NCBI GenBank assembly: GCA_963632935.1
Contig: CAVGWA010000004.1
Coordinates: 2,576-66,575, forward strand
Direction of reading: 5' to 3'
Length of the DNA: 64,000 bases
Source: Oscillospiraceae bacterium
GTDB taxonomy: Bacteria > Bacillota_I > Bacilli_A > RF39 > UBA660
Every line of letters begins with the position of its first letter. Position 1 is the stretch's first letter. The translations under genes were made by a program, and so were the position numbers. Below the pieces are notes generated by a model. The model ran no database searches. It was not told the origin of the DNA and saw nothing but the letters and a program-made list of their open reading frames with translations. Shown here piece by piece: positions 26,133 through 36,635 of this stretch.

Positions 26133-27566
26133 TTATTCTACACTTTTAATCACAATATCATCTGGAAGATTATAATAATCTTTAAATGCAGCATAAGCCC
26201 AATAATCTTTATCAAGTGGATTATTAGCATCCACATGAAATCTGTCAAATGGTGCCTTTATTATTTTTGTCTCAAGCACCTTACTTTTACCACTTTGTAC
26301 ATTTTTAATTGATATATCTCTTTGCCTTTTTACATATCCAACATAACTATAACCATATACTTCAAATGATATTGAAAATATAAATAATATTATTAATATA
26401 TATTTTAACAAATTAATATTTTCTTTTTGATAAAATAAATTATACATTGTAAAACATGCAATAATTAAATTAAAATGAAAATTCAACCTACCTGCTTCAA
26501 ATTCATTTGTAATTATTAACGAATAAGATAAAGCATAAACACAAATTAAAATTGGAATTAAATTATAATCTTTATTTTTATAAAATATATAGCTTTGATA
26601 TAGAAATAAAACAATTCCTATAATTAAATAAACATAATTATTTTTTGTAAGTGTGCATAAATACAAAATTATTATAATTAAATAAGGTTTAAATAATTTA
26701 TCCTTTTTTATAAAATAACCAATAGATAAAATTAAAAATACTGGAAATAAATTATATAAGTCTAGCGAAAATAAATTTTTAGAAATAATGCCAAGTGCAA
26801 GTAATGGATCAACACCACTACTCATCCTTCCTTGTGTAGAAGGAGCCAGATAAATAAACATAAATCCCATTATAGAAAATATTAATAAAATAATATATTT
26901 TAATGTAATGTTTTTTTCTTTTAAAATTACTTTTTTTAGTATATAATCTGTTATTACTAATATAATTGTAAATATAGCTAAAGCTTCACATATCATAGAT
27001 AAAATAAAACATAAAAATAAAGTTAATTTATATTTAGAGGTTAATCCATATTTTAAATAATAAATAATAAAACAAATCATTATTAAAAATACCAAAACAT
27101 AATTAACAGACCCTGCAACCCAATATACTAAATATTTATAATTATACATCATTAAAAATGAAATAATTGATCCTATAATTAAATAAATATTATTTATTTT
27201 TGTTTTAGATATTGTTTTAATAAAATATGCCATACATATAATACATAAAACAATTACAAGAGGATTTAATATAGACCATAAATTTTTATCATATATTAAT
27301 AAAAATTGAACAATTGAGTGCAGAAAAATTCTAGCATTTATATGAGAATAATCAAATATTTGATTACTTATAACTTCTTTTATATTAGTAATTCTTCTTC
27401 CTGCTCTAAAAAAAAGTGAATAAGGTAGATCATCATTTAAAATCATAGTTTGAAAATGACAATATATTAAAATCAAAAGAAAACAAAATAATAAACAAAA
27501 AGCTTTTTTATTATTTTTTATTATTTCTTTTAATAATATAGTTTTTTCTTTTATTAATTCTTTCAT
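26133..27566 (-). CDS. Polytopic membrane protein, GT-C-like candidate (paralog of 31736-33205)
   Basis: 477 aa, >10 TM. Acidic first-loop motif LNDDLPY. Shares YW..G.VNY and AP.T..R blocks with 31736-33205. Confidence 0.45.
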   Translation of the reverse strand: MKELIKEKTILLKEIIKNNKKAFCLLFCFLLILIYCHFQTMILNDDLPYSLFFRAGRRITNIKEVISNQIFDYSHINARIFLHSIVQFLLIYDKNLWSILNPLVIVLCIICMAYFIKTISKTKINNIYLIIGSIISFLMMYNYKYLVYWVAGSVNYVLVFLIMICFIIYYLKYGLTSKYKLTLFLCFILSMICEALAIFTIILVITDYILKKVILKEKNITLKYIILLIFSIMGFMFIYLAPSTQGRMSSGVDPLLALGIISKNLFSLDLYNLFPVFLILSIGYFIKKDKLFKPYLIIIILYLCTLTKNNYVYLIIGIVLFLYQSYIFYKNKDYNLIPILICVYALSYSLIITNEFEAGRLNFHFNLIIACFTMYNLFYQKENINLLKYILIILFIFSISFEVYGYSYVGYVKRQRDISIKNVQSGKSKVLETKIIKAPFDRFHVDANNPLDKDYWAYAAFKDYYNLPDDIVIKSVE

Positions 27567-27575
27567 ATATATCTC

Positions 27576-28535
27576 CTAGCTATTTTTATATAAATTATAT
27601 ACTATCATTTGTGTAAATGAATTAAAATGTTTCATATAAAATGATGAAAAACCACTTTTTAAATATTTATTTTTTTTATAATTTGGAAAATTATTATTAA
27701 CATTTTCTGTAGCTTTTTCACAAGCTATTTTATATTCTTTTTTATTCAAATGAGCAGCTGCTTTAATAAATGTTTTATATAAATATCTAACATAACAATA
27801 TTCTAATTCACTATAATATTCATCATAAAAATTATTATCTTTATAAAACTTTACAATACCATTAAAATTATCGATATAATCATATATTTTTTTATTATAT
27901 GTTTTACTAATAGTTCCTTTTCTTTGAACATAATTAATAAGTGGCATTTTAACTACCGCTATATTTTTAATATAAGGAAATAGTCTATATAAAAACTCTA
28001 CATCTTCATACCATACATTTTTTTTAAATAAAACTTTGTCAAATAATTCTTTTTTATAAATTTTATTCCATGCAGTTGGGTAGATATCTATCATCTGTTT
28101 TTTAATTTCTTCTTTATCATTTAAATCTTTTAAAACTTTAGAAGATATTTCTTTAGTATAATTACCATAATCTAATCTAACATCACATACAGCAACATCA
28201 AAATCTTTTGATATAGCTTTTTCATATAAATTTTTAAACATATCTAAATCCACATAATCATCACTATCAACAAAACCAATATAATTACTATTACATTTTT
28301 TAATCCCATAATTTCTTGCATCTGATAATCCACCATTTTCTTTATCAAAACAAAATACTTTTTTAGGATAACTTTTAACATATTTTTCAATTATATTCTT
28401 ACTATTATCATTACTTCCATCATTTACAACAATTATTTCAATATCACTTAATGTTTGATAAACTAAACTATCCAAACATCTTTCTAAATATTTTTCTGTA
28501 TTATAAACAGGAACTACTATACTTACTTTTGGCAT
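27576..28535 (-). CDS. GT2 glycosyltransferase
   Basis: VSIVVPVYNTEKYLERCLDSL, VNDGSNDNS, GFVDSDDYV. Confidence 0.85.
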   Translation of the reverse strand: MPKVSIVVPVYNTEKYLERCLDSLVYQTLSDIEIIVVNDGSNDNSKNIIEKYVKSYPKKVFCFDKENGGLSDARNYGIKKCNSNYIGFVDSDDYVDLDMFKNLYEKAISKDFDVAVCDVRLDYGNYTKEISSKVLKDLNDKEEIKKQMIDIYPTAWNKIYKKELFDKVLFKKNVWYEDVEFLYRLFPYIKNIAVVKMPLINYVQRKGTISKTYNKKIYDYIDNFNGIVKFYKDNNFYDEYYSELEYCYVRYLYKTFIKAAAHLNKKEYKIACEKATENVNNNFPNYKKNKYLKSGFSSFYMKHFNSFTQMIVYNLYKNS

Positions 28536-28543
28536 ATCATCAC

Positions 28544-29491
28544 CTACCCTTTAAGTTTGCTTATTGATTTTAATAATTTATAATGTTTATGATATGTTAA
28601 ATAGCATATTAATTTAAATTTAAAACTTTTATTTTTATAATATTTATTGTTTTTAAAATTTTTATATTTTGAATTAATAATATCATTACATTTTTCTAAA
28701 TGTTTTTTACCATCTTTAAATACACTAAATCTTAATCCCGCACTATAAAGTAAGTGCTCAACATTTAAATATTGTAATTCTTCATAATATTCATCATATT
28801 TATTATTTTTAATAAATCTATCTTCTAATGAATTTAAAACTGCAAATATATCTAATAATTTATTATTAAATCTATTTTGATTCATTATAGATCCGTTTCT
28901 TTGATAATAATAATATAAATAATTATCTATTGAAGAAATTTTATTTGTTTTTAAAACTAAAGAAGGAATAAACTCTAAATCTTCATATAAAATTCCCTTT
29001 TTAAATTTAAATTCATCATCAAATAATTCTCTTTTAAAAATTTTATTACAAGCCATAGGAAATGCTATCATAAACTTTTTATAATCATCTATTTTTTGAT
29101 TAATACATGGCACAATTTTACCATCATCCCAAATTTTATTAAAATTAAATGATACAATATCATACCCTTTAACTACTTCATTATATAAAATTTCTAAGGT
29201 GTTTTTTTCTATATAATCATCACTATCAATAAATAAAACATATTCCCCTTTAGCTTTACTTAATCCATAATTTCTTGCATCTGATAGTCCTCCATTTTTT
29301 TTTATAAAACCATAAACTAAATTAGGATATTTTTTTTCATATTTTTCAATTATTTTTTGGCTATTATCAGGTGAACCATCATTAATACATAATATTTCAT
29401 AATCTTCAAATGTTTGATTAACTAAGCTATCTAAACATTTTTCTAAATAATCTTCTACATTATATATTGGAACAATAATACTAATTTTCAT
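28544..29491 (-). CDS. GT2 glycosyltransferase
   Basis: MKISIIVPIYNVEDYLEKCLDSL, INDGSPDNS, LFIDSDDYI. RBS GGAGA upstream of ATG 29491 (the ORF opens at 29521). Confidence 0.85.
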   Translation of the reverse strand: MKISIIVPIYNVEDYLEKCLDSLVNQTFEDYEILCINDGSPDNSQKIIEKYEKKYPNLVYGFIKKNGGLSDARNYGLSKAKGEYVLFIDSDDYIEKNTLEILYNEVVKGYDIVSFNFNKIWDDGKIVPCINQKIDDYKKFMIAFPMACNKIFKRELFDDEFKFKKGILYEDLEFIPSLVLKTNKISSIDNYLYYYYQRNGSIMNQNRFNNKLLDIFAVLNSLEDRFIKNNKYDEYYEELQYLNVEHLLYSAGLRFSVFKDGKKHLEKCNDIINSKYKNFKNNKYYKNKSFKFKLICYLTYHKHYKLLKSISKLKG

Positions 29492-30650
29492 CATTTTTCT
29501 CCATTTCTTTAAATAAATCAATCCACTTATTTATAATATTTTCAATTAAAAAATTATTTGAATATTCTTTACAATTATTAGAAAACTTCTTTAATGTATC
29601 TTCATCATTCATTAAATACATAAGTTTTTCTTTATATAACTTTTTATCATTTTGTTTAATAACATAACCAGTTTTATCTTTTAAAACTTCTTCATTAATA
29701 GATTCTCCATGATTAAATGTCACCGTTGGTATGCCGCATGTTGTAGACTCTATTATACTCATAGAAAATCCTTCAAATATTGAAGTATTTAAATTAATAG
29801 AACTATTCAACAAAACCTCTTTAGGATTATCAGTAACACCTTTATAATTAATTTGATTATTATTATCTATTATTTTTTTACTTTCTAAATCAAATTCACC
29901 TAATCCATAAATATCAAACGACCAATTTTTAAAACTTTCATCTTTAAAAATATCATTAACCATTTCAATCATTAAATTAATTCTTTTATTGTAATTTTCA
30001 ATACGAGTAATTACGACAATTTTTTTATTTTGAATAACATTAGCTTTCTTTTCACAATCAAATCTTACTGGGTTATATATACAAAAATTTTTATTAAAAC
30101 CACTTTTTAAAGCTTTATTTAAAGCTGCCTTACTTAACCAAATATAACCATATATTTTACCATTATATTTTTTTAAAACATTAAAATTATCTTTTGCTTC
30201 ATTTAAAAAATCAAATGACGCATGATGTTCATATAATGTTTTTGACAAATATTCATTTGGAATTCCATATAAAGTTTGATAATGAGAAGCTATTATATAA
30301 TCAGGTTTATTTAAAATAATATACTCTTTTAATTTTTTAAAATCATTTTTTAACTTTAAATGTGATTTAAAATATTTAAATATATTCTTAAAAAAAGAAA
30401 TTAAATTTAATTTTTTAAGTGGCATTATAACATCTTTTTTTCTCATTAAATTCCATGAATCATTATTAATAATATCTAATTTAATATTCTTATCACACTT
30501 TAATTTTTTACCTAAACTATTTCTAATAGATAAAATACTAACATCATAACCTTTTTTCACTAAAGCCTCAGCTACCGATTTATTAACATACCAAACGCCA
30601 CCTAAAGCATTTTCATTTTGTAAAAATAATACCTTTTTCATATTAACCAC
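29481..30650 (-). CDS. GT4/GT1-type (GT-B fold) glycosyltransferase
   Basis: 389 aa. C-terminal half ...NTSIFEGFSMSIIESTTCGIPTV... is the E-x7-E-type GT4 motif. Confidence 0.8.
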   Translation of the reverse strand: MVNMKKVLFLQNENALGGVWYVNKSVAEALVKKGYDVSILSIRNSLGKKLKCDKNIKLDIINNDSWNLMRKKDVIMPLKKLNLISFFKNIFKYFKSHLKLKNDFKKLKEYIILNKPDYIIASHYQTLYGIPNEYLSKTLYEHHASFDFLNEAKDNFNVLKKYNGKIYGYIWLSKAALNKALKSGFNKNFCIYNPVRFDCEKKANVIQNKKIVVITRIENYNKRINLMIEMVNDIFKDESFKNWSFDIYGLGEFDLESKKIIDNNNQINYKGVTDNPKEVLLNSSINLNTSIFEGFSMSIIESTTCGIPTVTFNHGESINEEVLKDKTGYVIKQNDKKLYKEKLMYLMNDEDTLKKFSNNCKEYSNNFLIENIINKWIDLFKEMEKNDEN

Positions 30651-31130
30651 CTAATTATTTTCTATATAATTTTCTATATGTTTTATAAAATTTTTAGTAT
30701 TACTAACATACTTTTTAGGCTTAAATTTTTTTACCTTTTTTAAAAGCTCATCTAACCTATCAAAATCATCTAAAGCAAGTAAATAACCTTTTTTAGAAAA
30801 ATCGCTAATTATTTGTAATTGATGATCATTAGTGTGCTCACCAAATTCTTTTAACCTAGCTGCAGCAATTACTTTTTTTCCATTTTTAATTCCATTTAAT
30901 ATACTCGCAACTCCTCCATGAGTAATTAAAATATCACAATCCTTAACTAATTTATCAAACTTTTCATATTCAATTAATTCATATATTTTCATATCTTTAC
31001 TTTCAAATTTAGTATAACCAGCTTGAACAATAACCTCATCTTTTATATTCCCATTATCTATTTGTTTTTGAACTGCTTCAAGTAATCTAGTAAAAGGTTT
31101 GTCTTGAGTTCCTAACGTAACTAAAATCAT
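30651..31130 (-). CDS. Alg13-like / Cps14G-PssE-type glycosyltransferase subunit (Glyco_tran_28_C)
   Basis: MILVTLGTQDKPFTRLL..., ...ITHGGVASIL... Confidence 0.8.
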   Translation of the reverse strand: MILVTLGTQDKPFTRLLEAVQKQIDNGNIKDEVIVQAGYTKFESKDMKIYELIEYEKFDKLVKDCDILITHGGVASILNGIKNGKKVIAAARLKEFGEHTNDHQLQIISDFSKKGYLLALDDFDRLDELLKKVKKFKPKKYVSNTKNFIKHIENYIENN

Positions 31131-31141
31131 AAAATCTCTCC

Positions 31142-31615
31142 TTAAAAAATACCACCAAAATATTTAGCTTTTGGATAAAGTTTAAGCATACTTTCCCACT
31201 GCACAATAAATAAATCAGCAAATTTATAAACTAATTTACCTGTAATTGTTTTTGTCGTCATATTAGCAAATGTTTCAATAAATATAATTTTACATCCAAA
31301 TATTTTACCTATGCAGCACATAGGACCAGCAACATGAGCTCCAGTTGAAACAATGTACTTAGGTCTAAATTTAATAAAAATAAATAAACACAAAAAACAA
31401 TTTATTAATAATTTAAACGGATAAACTAATTTATGATCTTTAGAACCAAATACCAAAAAATCAATTTTATTTCCATATTGTTTTTTTAATTTTACATTAT
31501 TATCTGTCTTTTCTGTAACAATGTAATAATCATATTTTTTAAATAGTGGTTTTAACTGCATAAGTTCAACAAAATGTCCACCTGTACTTGATATAAACAT
31601 AACTTTTTTCTTCAT
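31142..31615 (-). CDS. Alg14-like / Cps14F-PssD-type membrane-associated GT subunit
   Basis: KVMFISSTGGHFVELMQL...; size and pairing with the Alg13-like gene. Confidence 0.8.
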   Translation of the reverse strand: MKKKVMFISSTGGHFVELMQLKPLFKKYDYYIVTEKTDNNVKLKKQYGNKIDFLVFGSKDHKLVYPFKLLINCFLCLFIFIKFRPKYIVSTGAHVAGPMCCIGKIFGCKIIFIETFANMTTKTITGKLVYKFADLFIVQWESMLKLYPKAKYFGGIF

Positions 31616-31619
31616 TTAC

Positions 31620-31708
31620 CTCACCTAACTACTCTAAGTATATCATGTATACTTTAAGATGTAAATTAAAGAAAAGAAAAGAAACAAAACTATTATAGTT
31701 TTATTTCT
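31620..31708 (-). promoter_or_regulatory. Internal terminator-promoter-leader cassette, copy A
   Basis: Minus strand: hairpin (31681-31707) + T-rich run, -35 TTTACA (31660-31665), 17 nt, extended -10 TGaTATACT (31637-31645), short leader with AGGTGAGG RBS. Blocks repeated at 34859-34923. Confidence 0.55.
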
Positions 31709-31735
31709 ATACTTATGTAATTAATCATATATATT

Positions 31736-33205
31736 TTATTCTTGCTTAATACCTACTACTTTTTTGTTATAATATTGATTTATAGCACTGTTTTCACATG
31801 AATTTTCATCAGTTATTTCGCAAAGATCTATACCATATAATAATTCTGGTTTAGCCTCGTATGGTTTAACTATAACTTTATCTAAACTTTTATTTTCTAA
31901 TAATCTAATTCTATCATAACTTTGATCACTAAATTTTTTAGCCGTTCCAGTTCTTATTTCATTAAATGCTTCCAAAGAAGTACTGAAAAAATAAAAGTTA
32001 TTTCCTATAATGCCAATAAATATAATACAAACAATTGAAATGATTCCAACTTTTAATTTATCAAATTTCTTAATTTTTATAATTTTTTTATCTTTTAAAT
32101 ATTTTATTAATAATAATATATTAAATATTAATAATACTGCGAAAGTAAAATACAAAACATTAAGAACTCTTCCTGCTCCATAGCCCCCTAATACATAATA
32201 AGGCACGCACATCATTGCCGCAATAAGTAAATATGAAATGAATGGTATTAATAGCAAATGCTTTGAATAATTAAATTTTAAATCTTTTATATCATCCCAA
32301 ATTAAACAGATTAATAGTACTATCATTAATATTAAAGAAATTGAAATCCATTCACTAAATAATTCAAATGATTTTAAAAATGTAGTATAAATTGTATTAA
32401 ATACTCCCTGTTTACATTGTGCGAGTGCGGCTGCTCTAACTTTAGTTCCTGGAGAACTTATATTAATTAGAAAACCTAAAATTTCAAATAATAAAGGTAT
32501 TGTTAATAATCTTTGTTTCTTTTTTATGAAAGATAATATACAAAAAACAGTTCCAATTATAATACCAGCAAAAGCTGTTACATGATTGCCCCCTGATAAA
32601 GAAAAGCTTGCGAAAGATAATAAAATTAACAATATTGGCTTTTTTTTATTAAAACAGAAATAAGCTAAATATCCAGAAAAAACAATTAATAATAAAGACC
32701 AAAAGAAAGCATAATTAACTGCCCCATTAAACCAATATAAGGCTTCTCTACCAGATGGTGCTGTTTCGATTAAAAAGAATTCTAAAATAAATGATATAAA
32801 TAATTTGAATTTTAAACTTTTATCTTTCTTTAAAATATATTTATATATAGTATTAATAAATATATATATTCCTATAAATATAGAAATCAATAGAAAAAAT
32901 GTTGTTGTAGAATAAAATTTTTCACCAAATATCGCTGGCTGTAATGATAGCAAAAAAGCAGATGAATAAAGGCCTTGCCAAGTATACATAAAATCATATG
33001 ATGTCTTAAACGCCTCTTTAATCAAATTAAATGTTCCACAACCATTTTTAATACACTGATATGTATTAATTGAATAAGCATAATCATCAAAATTTGGATG
33101 ATTATAAAAAGCTAATAAAATTATTGGAATCAAAAATATACATATTAGTATAAAACATACTAAATTAAAATTAATTTTTTTTCTCATAAAAATCCTCACT
33201 AACAA
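31736..33205 (-). CDS. Polytopic membrane protein, GT-C-like candidate (paralog of 26133-27566)
   Basis: 489 aa, >10 TM. First-loop HPNFDDYAY. YWFNGAVNYAFF and SSPGTKVR blocks shared with 26133-27566. Confidence 0.45.
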   Translation of the reverse strand: MLVRIFMRKKINFNLVCFILICIFLIPIILLAFYNHPNFDDYAYSINTYQCIKNGCGTFNLIKEAFKTSYDFMYTWQGLYSSAFLLSLQPAIFGEKFYSTTTFFLLISIFIGIYIFINTIYKYILKKDKSLKFKLFISFILEFFLIETAPSGREALYWFNGAVNYAFFWSLLLIVFSGYLAYFCFNKKKPILLILLSFASFSLSGGNHVTAFAGIIIGTVFCILSFIKKKQRLLTIPLLFEILGFLINISSPGTKVRAAALAQCKQGVFNTIYTTFLKSFELFSEWISISLILMIVLLICLIWDDIKDLKFNYSKHLLLIPFISYLLIAAMMCVPYYVLGGYGAGRVLNVLYFTFAVLLIFNILLLIKYLKDKKIIKIKKFDKLKVGIISIVCIIFIGIIGNNFYFFSTSLEAFNEIRTGTAKKFSDQSYDRIRLLENKSLDKVIVKPYEAKPELLYGIDLCEITDENSCENSAINQYYNKKVVGIKQE

Positions 33206-33214
33206 TATTATATA

Positions 33215-34852
33215 TTATTTTTTATAACAGGAATAATAATTTTTAAATAATTTACATTGAAACCCTTTAAATTTAACCTCAGAATATTCATCTAAGCCTA
33301 TAACATAAGAATAATTATTATCAACATCCTTTGGAAAATTAAATTTAATAGTAGAAAAATTATCATTTTCTTTATATTCATAAGGTGATATTTTTAGTTC
33401 ATTTGCAGTCCATAAATTACCTGCTTGTCCCATATTATCTGTAATATATATTTTTTTAGAATGACTATATGCATCTTTTATGGCTAATGTATAACCATTA
33501 TCGAAAGAAGCTAAAGCATAATTAGAATAATCATTAAAATAGAAATAACTGAAGTATAAAAAAGCAGCTAAATATATTGAAATGATTATAAACCAATAAT
33601 CTTTTATATATTCGCAAATCTTTCTTATACCTAATGCTAAAAAGATAACTAAAATTATATATATTGAATTTAAATGATTAATATATAAATAACCATTTAT
33701 TACAAATAGCATTGGTATAAATGTTCCAATAAACAAAAGATAAATATACATATATTGATTAAATTTCTTCTTTTTAACTTCAATCAGTGCCTTTTTTGAA
33801 ATTACTAATAATCCTAAAATTACCAATGGAATTGAAAATAAATATAAAGTTCCAAATTTAGGCTCAGCATTGTAATACACTGGATCATTTTGTAATAAAT
33901 GAAATACATTTTTTATATTATTAATAACAACTGATAATGAAAGAGAAACTTCAGACGCCCTATCATTACCCAATTTTAATATAGAAAAATATGGAGTAAT
34001 AATTTCAGGTAAAACTTTTATTTGAACTAATACACTTAATATTAATGGAATTGCAAGTAAAACTAATGGAATCACAAAACAAATAATTTGTTTTATATTT
34101 ATTTTTTTAGTATATAGTAAATATAAAAGTACAAGCAATAAACAAACAGGAAGAATTATGTAAGATAGTGCATACGAATATAATGTTAAACCAAATAATA
34201 ATCCAGATATTATATATTTAGAATTTTTTTCTTCTTTTATTGCTTTTAATAAACTATAACTTGACATTGAAAACATTCCTAACATCAAATTACAGTCTAG
34301 TGCAAACCTTGATGCTAATATAAAATACGGACATATTGTTATTAAAAATGCTACTAATAATCCAAATTTTTTATTTATAAGTTCTTTTCCTAATAAATAA
34401 CCAAATATTAATGTAATAAATCCAAATACAACCGAAGGAATTCTTAAAATAAATAAATTATATCCAAATATTTTTATTAACAATGCAGCAAAATAAGTAT
34501 ACATTGCACTTTGACCATTTCCAAAATTTAAAAAATATATAGGATATGGATTTAAATATCTATCTACACCATATTTAGCAATGCTATATGCATTATAGCC
34601 AACTGAAGCCTCATCAATATGCACTCCAAAAGGAATACTACTTAACATATATAATCTAGTTAACAAAAATGTTATTACTATTCCAATAAAAATTAAATTG
34701 TGTTTATTTTCAATAAACTTTTTAAGATTATTACTAATTAAATTAATTTGTTTATTTATCTTTTTTTTATTGTTTTTATAATACTTGTATATTACCAACA
34801 TAGATAATATGCTCATCATTATTAAAACTATTTTAGAATATTTTATATACAT
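33215..34852 (-). CDS. ArnT/PMT_2-like GT-C glycosyltransferase
   Basis: 545 aa polytopic. First-loop FGVHIDEASVGYNAYSI resembles the DE/DxD loop-1 motif of ArnT/PMT-type enzymes. Confidence 0.65.
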   Translation of the reverse strand: MYIKYSKIVLIMMSILSMLVIYKYYKNNKKKINKQINLISNNLKKFIENKHNLIFIGIVITFLLTRLYMLSSIPFGVHIDEASVGYNAYSIAKYGVDRYLNPYPIYFLNFGNGQSAMYTYFAALLIKIFGYNLFILRIPSVVFGFITLIFGYLLGKELINKKFGLLVAFLITICPYFILASRFALDCNLMLGMFSMSSYSLLKAIKEEKNSKYIISGLLFGLTLYSYALSYIILPVCLLLVLLYLLYTKKINIKQIICFVIPLVLLAIPLILSVLVQIKVLPEIITPYFSILKLGNDRASEVSLSLSVVINNIKNVFHLLQNDPVYYNAEPKFGTLYLFSIPLVILGLLVISKKALIEVKKKKFNQYMYIYLLFIGTFIPMLFVINGYLYINHLNSIYIILVIFLALGIRKICEYIKDYWFIIISIYLAAFLYFSYFYFNDYSNYALASFDNGYTLAIKDAYSHSKKIYITDNMGQAGNLWTANELKISPYEYKENDNFSTIKFNFPKDVDNNYSYVIGLDEYSEVKFKGFQCKLFKNYYSCYKK

Positions 34853-34858
34853 AATTCT

Positions 34859-34923
34859 CTCACCTAACTACACCAAGTATATCATATAAATAAAAGAAAC
34901 AAAACCATTATAGTTTTATTTCT
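34859..34923 (-). promoter_or_regulatory. Internal terminator-promoter-leader cassette, copy B
   Basis: 34859-34885 is 25/27 identical to 31620-31646. 34892-34923 is 31/32 identical to 31677-31708. Extended -10 TGaTATACT at 34876-34884 (minus). Confidence 0.55.
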
Positions 34924-36625
34924 TTGTTTTAATTAAATATTGTCTGCCGAAATAAGTTAATATTAATATACACATAACACCTTTTGTTATAAATGCTATT
35001 TTATATGCATTTGTTCCAACATATTTAACAGTATACGTATCGTTTTTATTTACTTTAATTGAAATAAATCCATATTTATCTTCAGTATATTTTATTTTTT
35101 TACCATTACTATCTGTAATTTCATAACCTAAATAATAAAGTCTAGGTAATTCTAATGTTGCATTATCTTTTATATTAGTTACTTTAAATTTCATATTAGG
35201 AACATTATTAGATAATATTTTTACATTAGTTTCACCTTTCTTAACTAACACTTTATGATTCCTGTTTTTTAAATAATTAAGATTTTTATAAGCGTTGTCT
35301 GAATAATGTTCACGTGTTGTATCATAATAATTAAAATTGGAACTTAAATTTTGAATATTTACAACAAATTTATCTAAATTTTGTTTAACAAATAACATTA
35401 AAAATCCAACAATAATAATCATAGCAATTTTGATGTATTTCTTTTTAAATAATTCTAAATAAGAATCTAATCCCTCTGCTGCAAATAAACAAAAAGCAAA
35501 ACCAATAAATGTTGAAAGTCTCCATACAAATTGAATGCTGAATAAAATTTCTGGTAAATGTGGCCAAAAATATGGGACAGTTTCAAAAATTAAAGATACT
35601 ATTCCAAATATAAGAATTACTATCATATATTTTCTACGTTCACTTGGTATTTTTTTAGTAAAAAGTCTATGTAGTGCAGCTACAAAAAATACAATAATAA
35701 TATAATTAAAATTTGCATATAAATTCCCACCCAAATTACCAGTGTTATATATATATGGAATTATATAACCTTGAATTGGCATGTACCACATATTTTCTAC
35801 TGTCATTGTTCTTTCTTCTGTAAATGCAACATAACTACCAAATAGTTTGTGTTCAATCATAGGAATGGTAAAAGTTGATGTGAAAATTAATATTATAATT
35901 GTTGCAATCATAAATGCTATTAAATTTTTCCTTTTAAATACATCTTTTATAAAGAAAAGTAAAAATACTATTAAAAATATTGTAAACCATACAGCCATAA
36001 CTAAATGTGAATACATAAGTCCAATGTAACCTAATGTAAAAAATAGATAAAACATTTTTTTATTATTTTCTTTTAATAAATACCAGATGCCTAAAAATAT
36101 TAATGGTATAAAGATAAAGACAAAGGTTTCATTGATAGCACATCTGATTACAATATCAACATAAACATAATTATATGTCATGTAAAACAGGCTAGCTATT
36201 AAACCTTTTTTCTTATCACTAAATATCTTACACCCTAATACATACATAGATAGTCCTATAAAGAAAAATGTTATTAATTGAAGTAAAACTGATGTCACTA
36301 ATAATCCTTTCCCAAATATAGCTACTATTTTATAAATTATAGCCCCTACTATATGAGGAAGCGCGGGATAAAAAAAGCCCATTCCAAATCCAAAATTATA
36401 TGACATATCTGGAAAAATTTTAGCAAACATTGATCCTGGCAAATAATCTGCATATGTTTTTATACTAGCAATGTGAAATAAAAAATCATCACCCATATGA
36501 AATTTTCCTAATAATTCCGGACAAACTGATAAAACAGAAAACAAAAAAATAATCAAAATTGGAAAATATTTCCAATTAATTAAATCCTTGCATTTTTGTT
36601 TAACCTTATTAAATAATTTTTTCAT
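34916..36625 (-). CDS. Polytopic membrane protein with large C-terminal extracytoplasmic domain, GT-C-like candidate
   Basis: 569 aa. First-loop GKFHMGDDFLFHIAS. ~12 TM, then a ~150 aa soluble tail and a terminal TM. Confidence 0.45.
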   Translation of the reverse strand: MKKLFNKVKQKCKDLINWKYFPILIIFLFSVLSVCPELLGKFHMGDDFLFHIASIKTYADYLPGSMFAKIFPDMSYNFGFGMGFFYPALPHIVGAIIYKIVAIFGKGLLVTSVLLQLITFFFIGLSMYVLGCKIFSDKKKGLIASLFYMTYNYVYVDIVIRCAINETFVFIFIPLIFLGIWYLLKENNKKMFYLFFTLGYIGLMYSHLVMAVWFTIFLIVFLLFFIKDVFKRKNLIAFMIATIIILIFTSTFTIPMIEHKLFGSYVAFTEERTMTVENMWYMPIQGYIIPYIYNTGNLGGNLYANFNYIIIVFFVAALHRLFTKKIPSERRKYMIVILIFGIVSLIFETVPYFWPHLPEILFSIQFVWRLSTFIGFAFCLFAAEGLDSYLELFKKKYIKIAMIIIVGFLMLFVKQNLDKFVVNIQNLSSNFNYYDTTREHYSDNAYKNLNYLKNRNHKVLVKKGETNVKILSNNVPNMKFKVTNIKDNATLELPRLYYLGYEITDSNGKKIKYTEDKYGFISIKVNKNDTYTVKYVGTNAYKIAFITKGVMCILILTYFGRQYLIKTKK

Positions 36626-36635
36626 ACAAAGCTCC

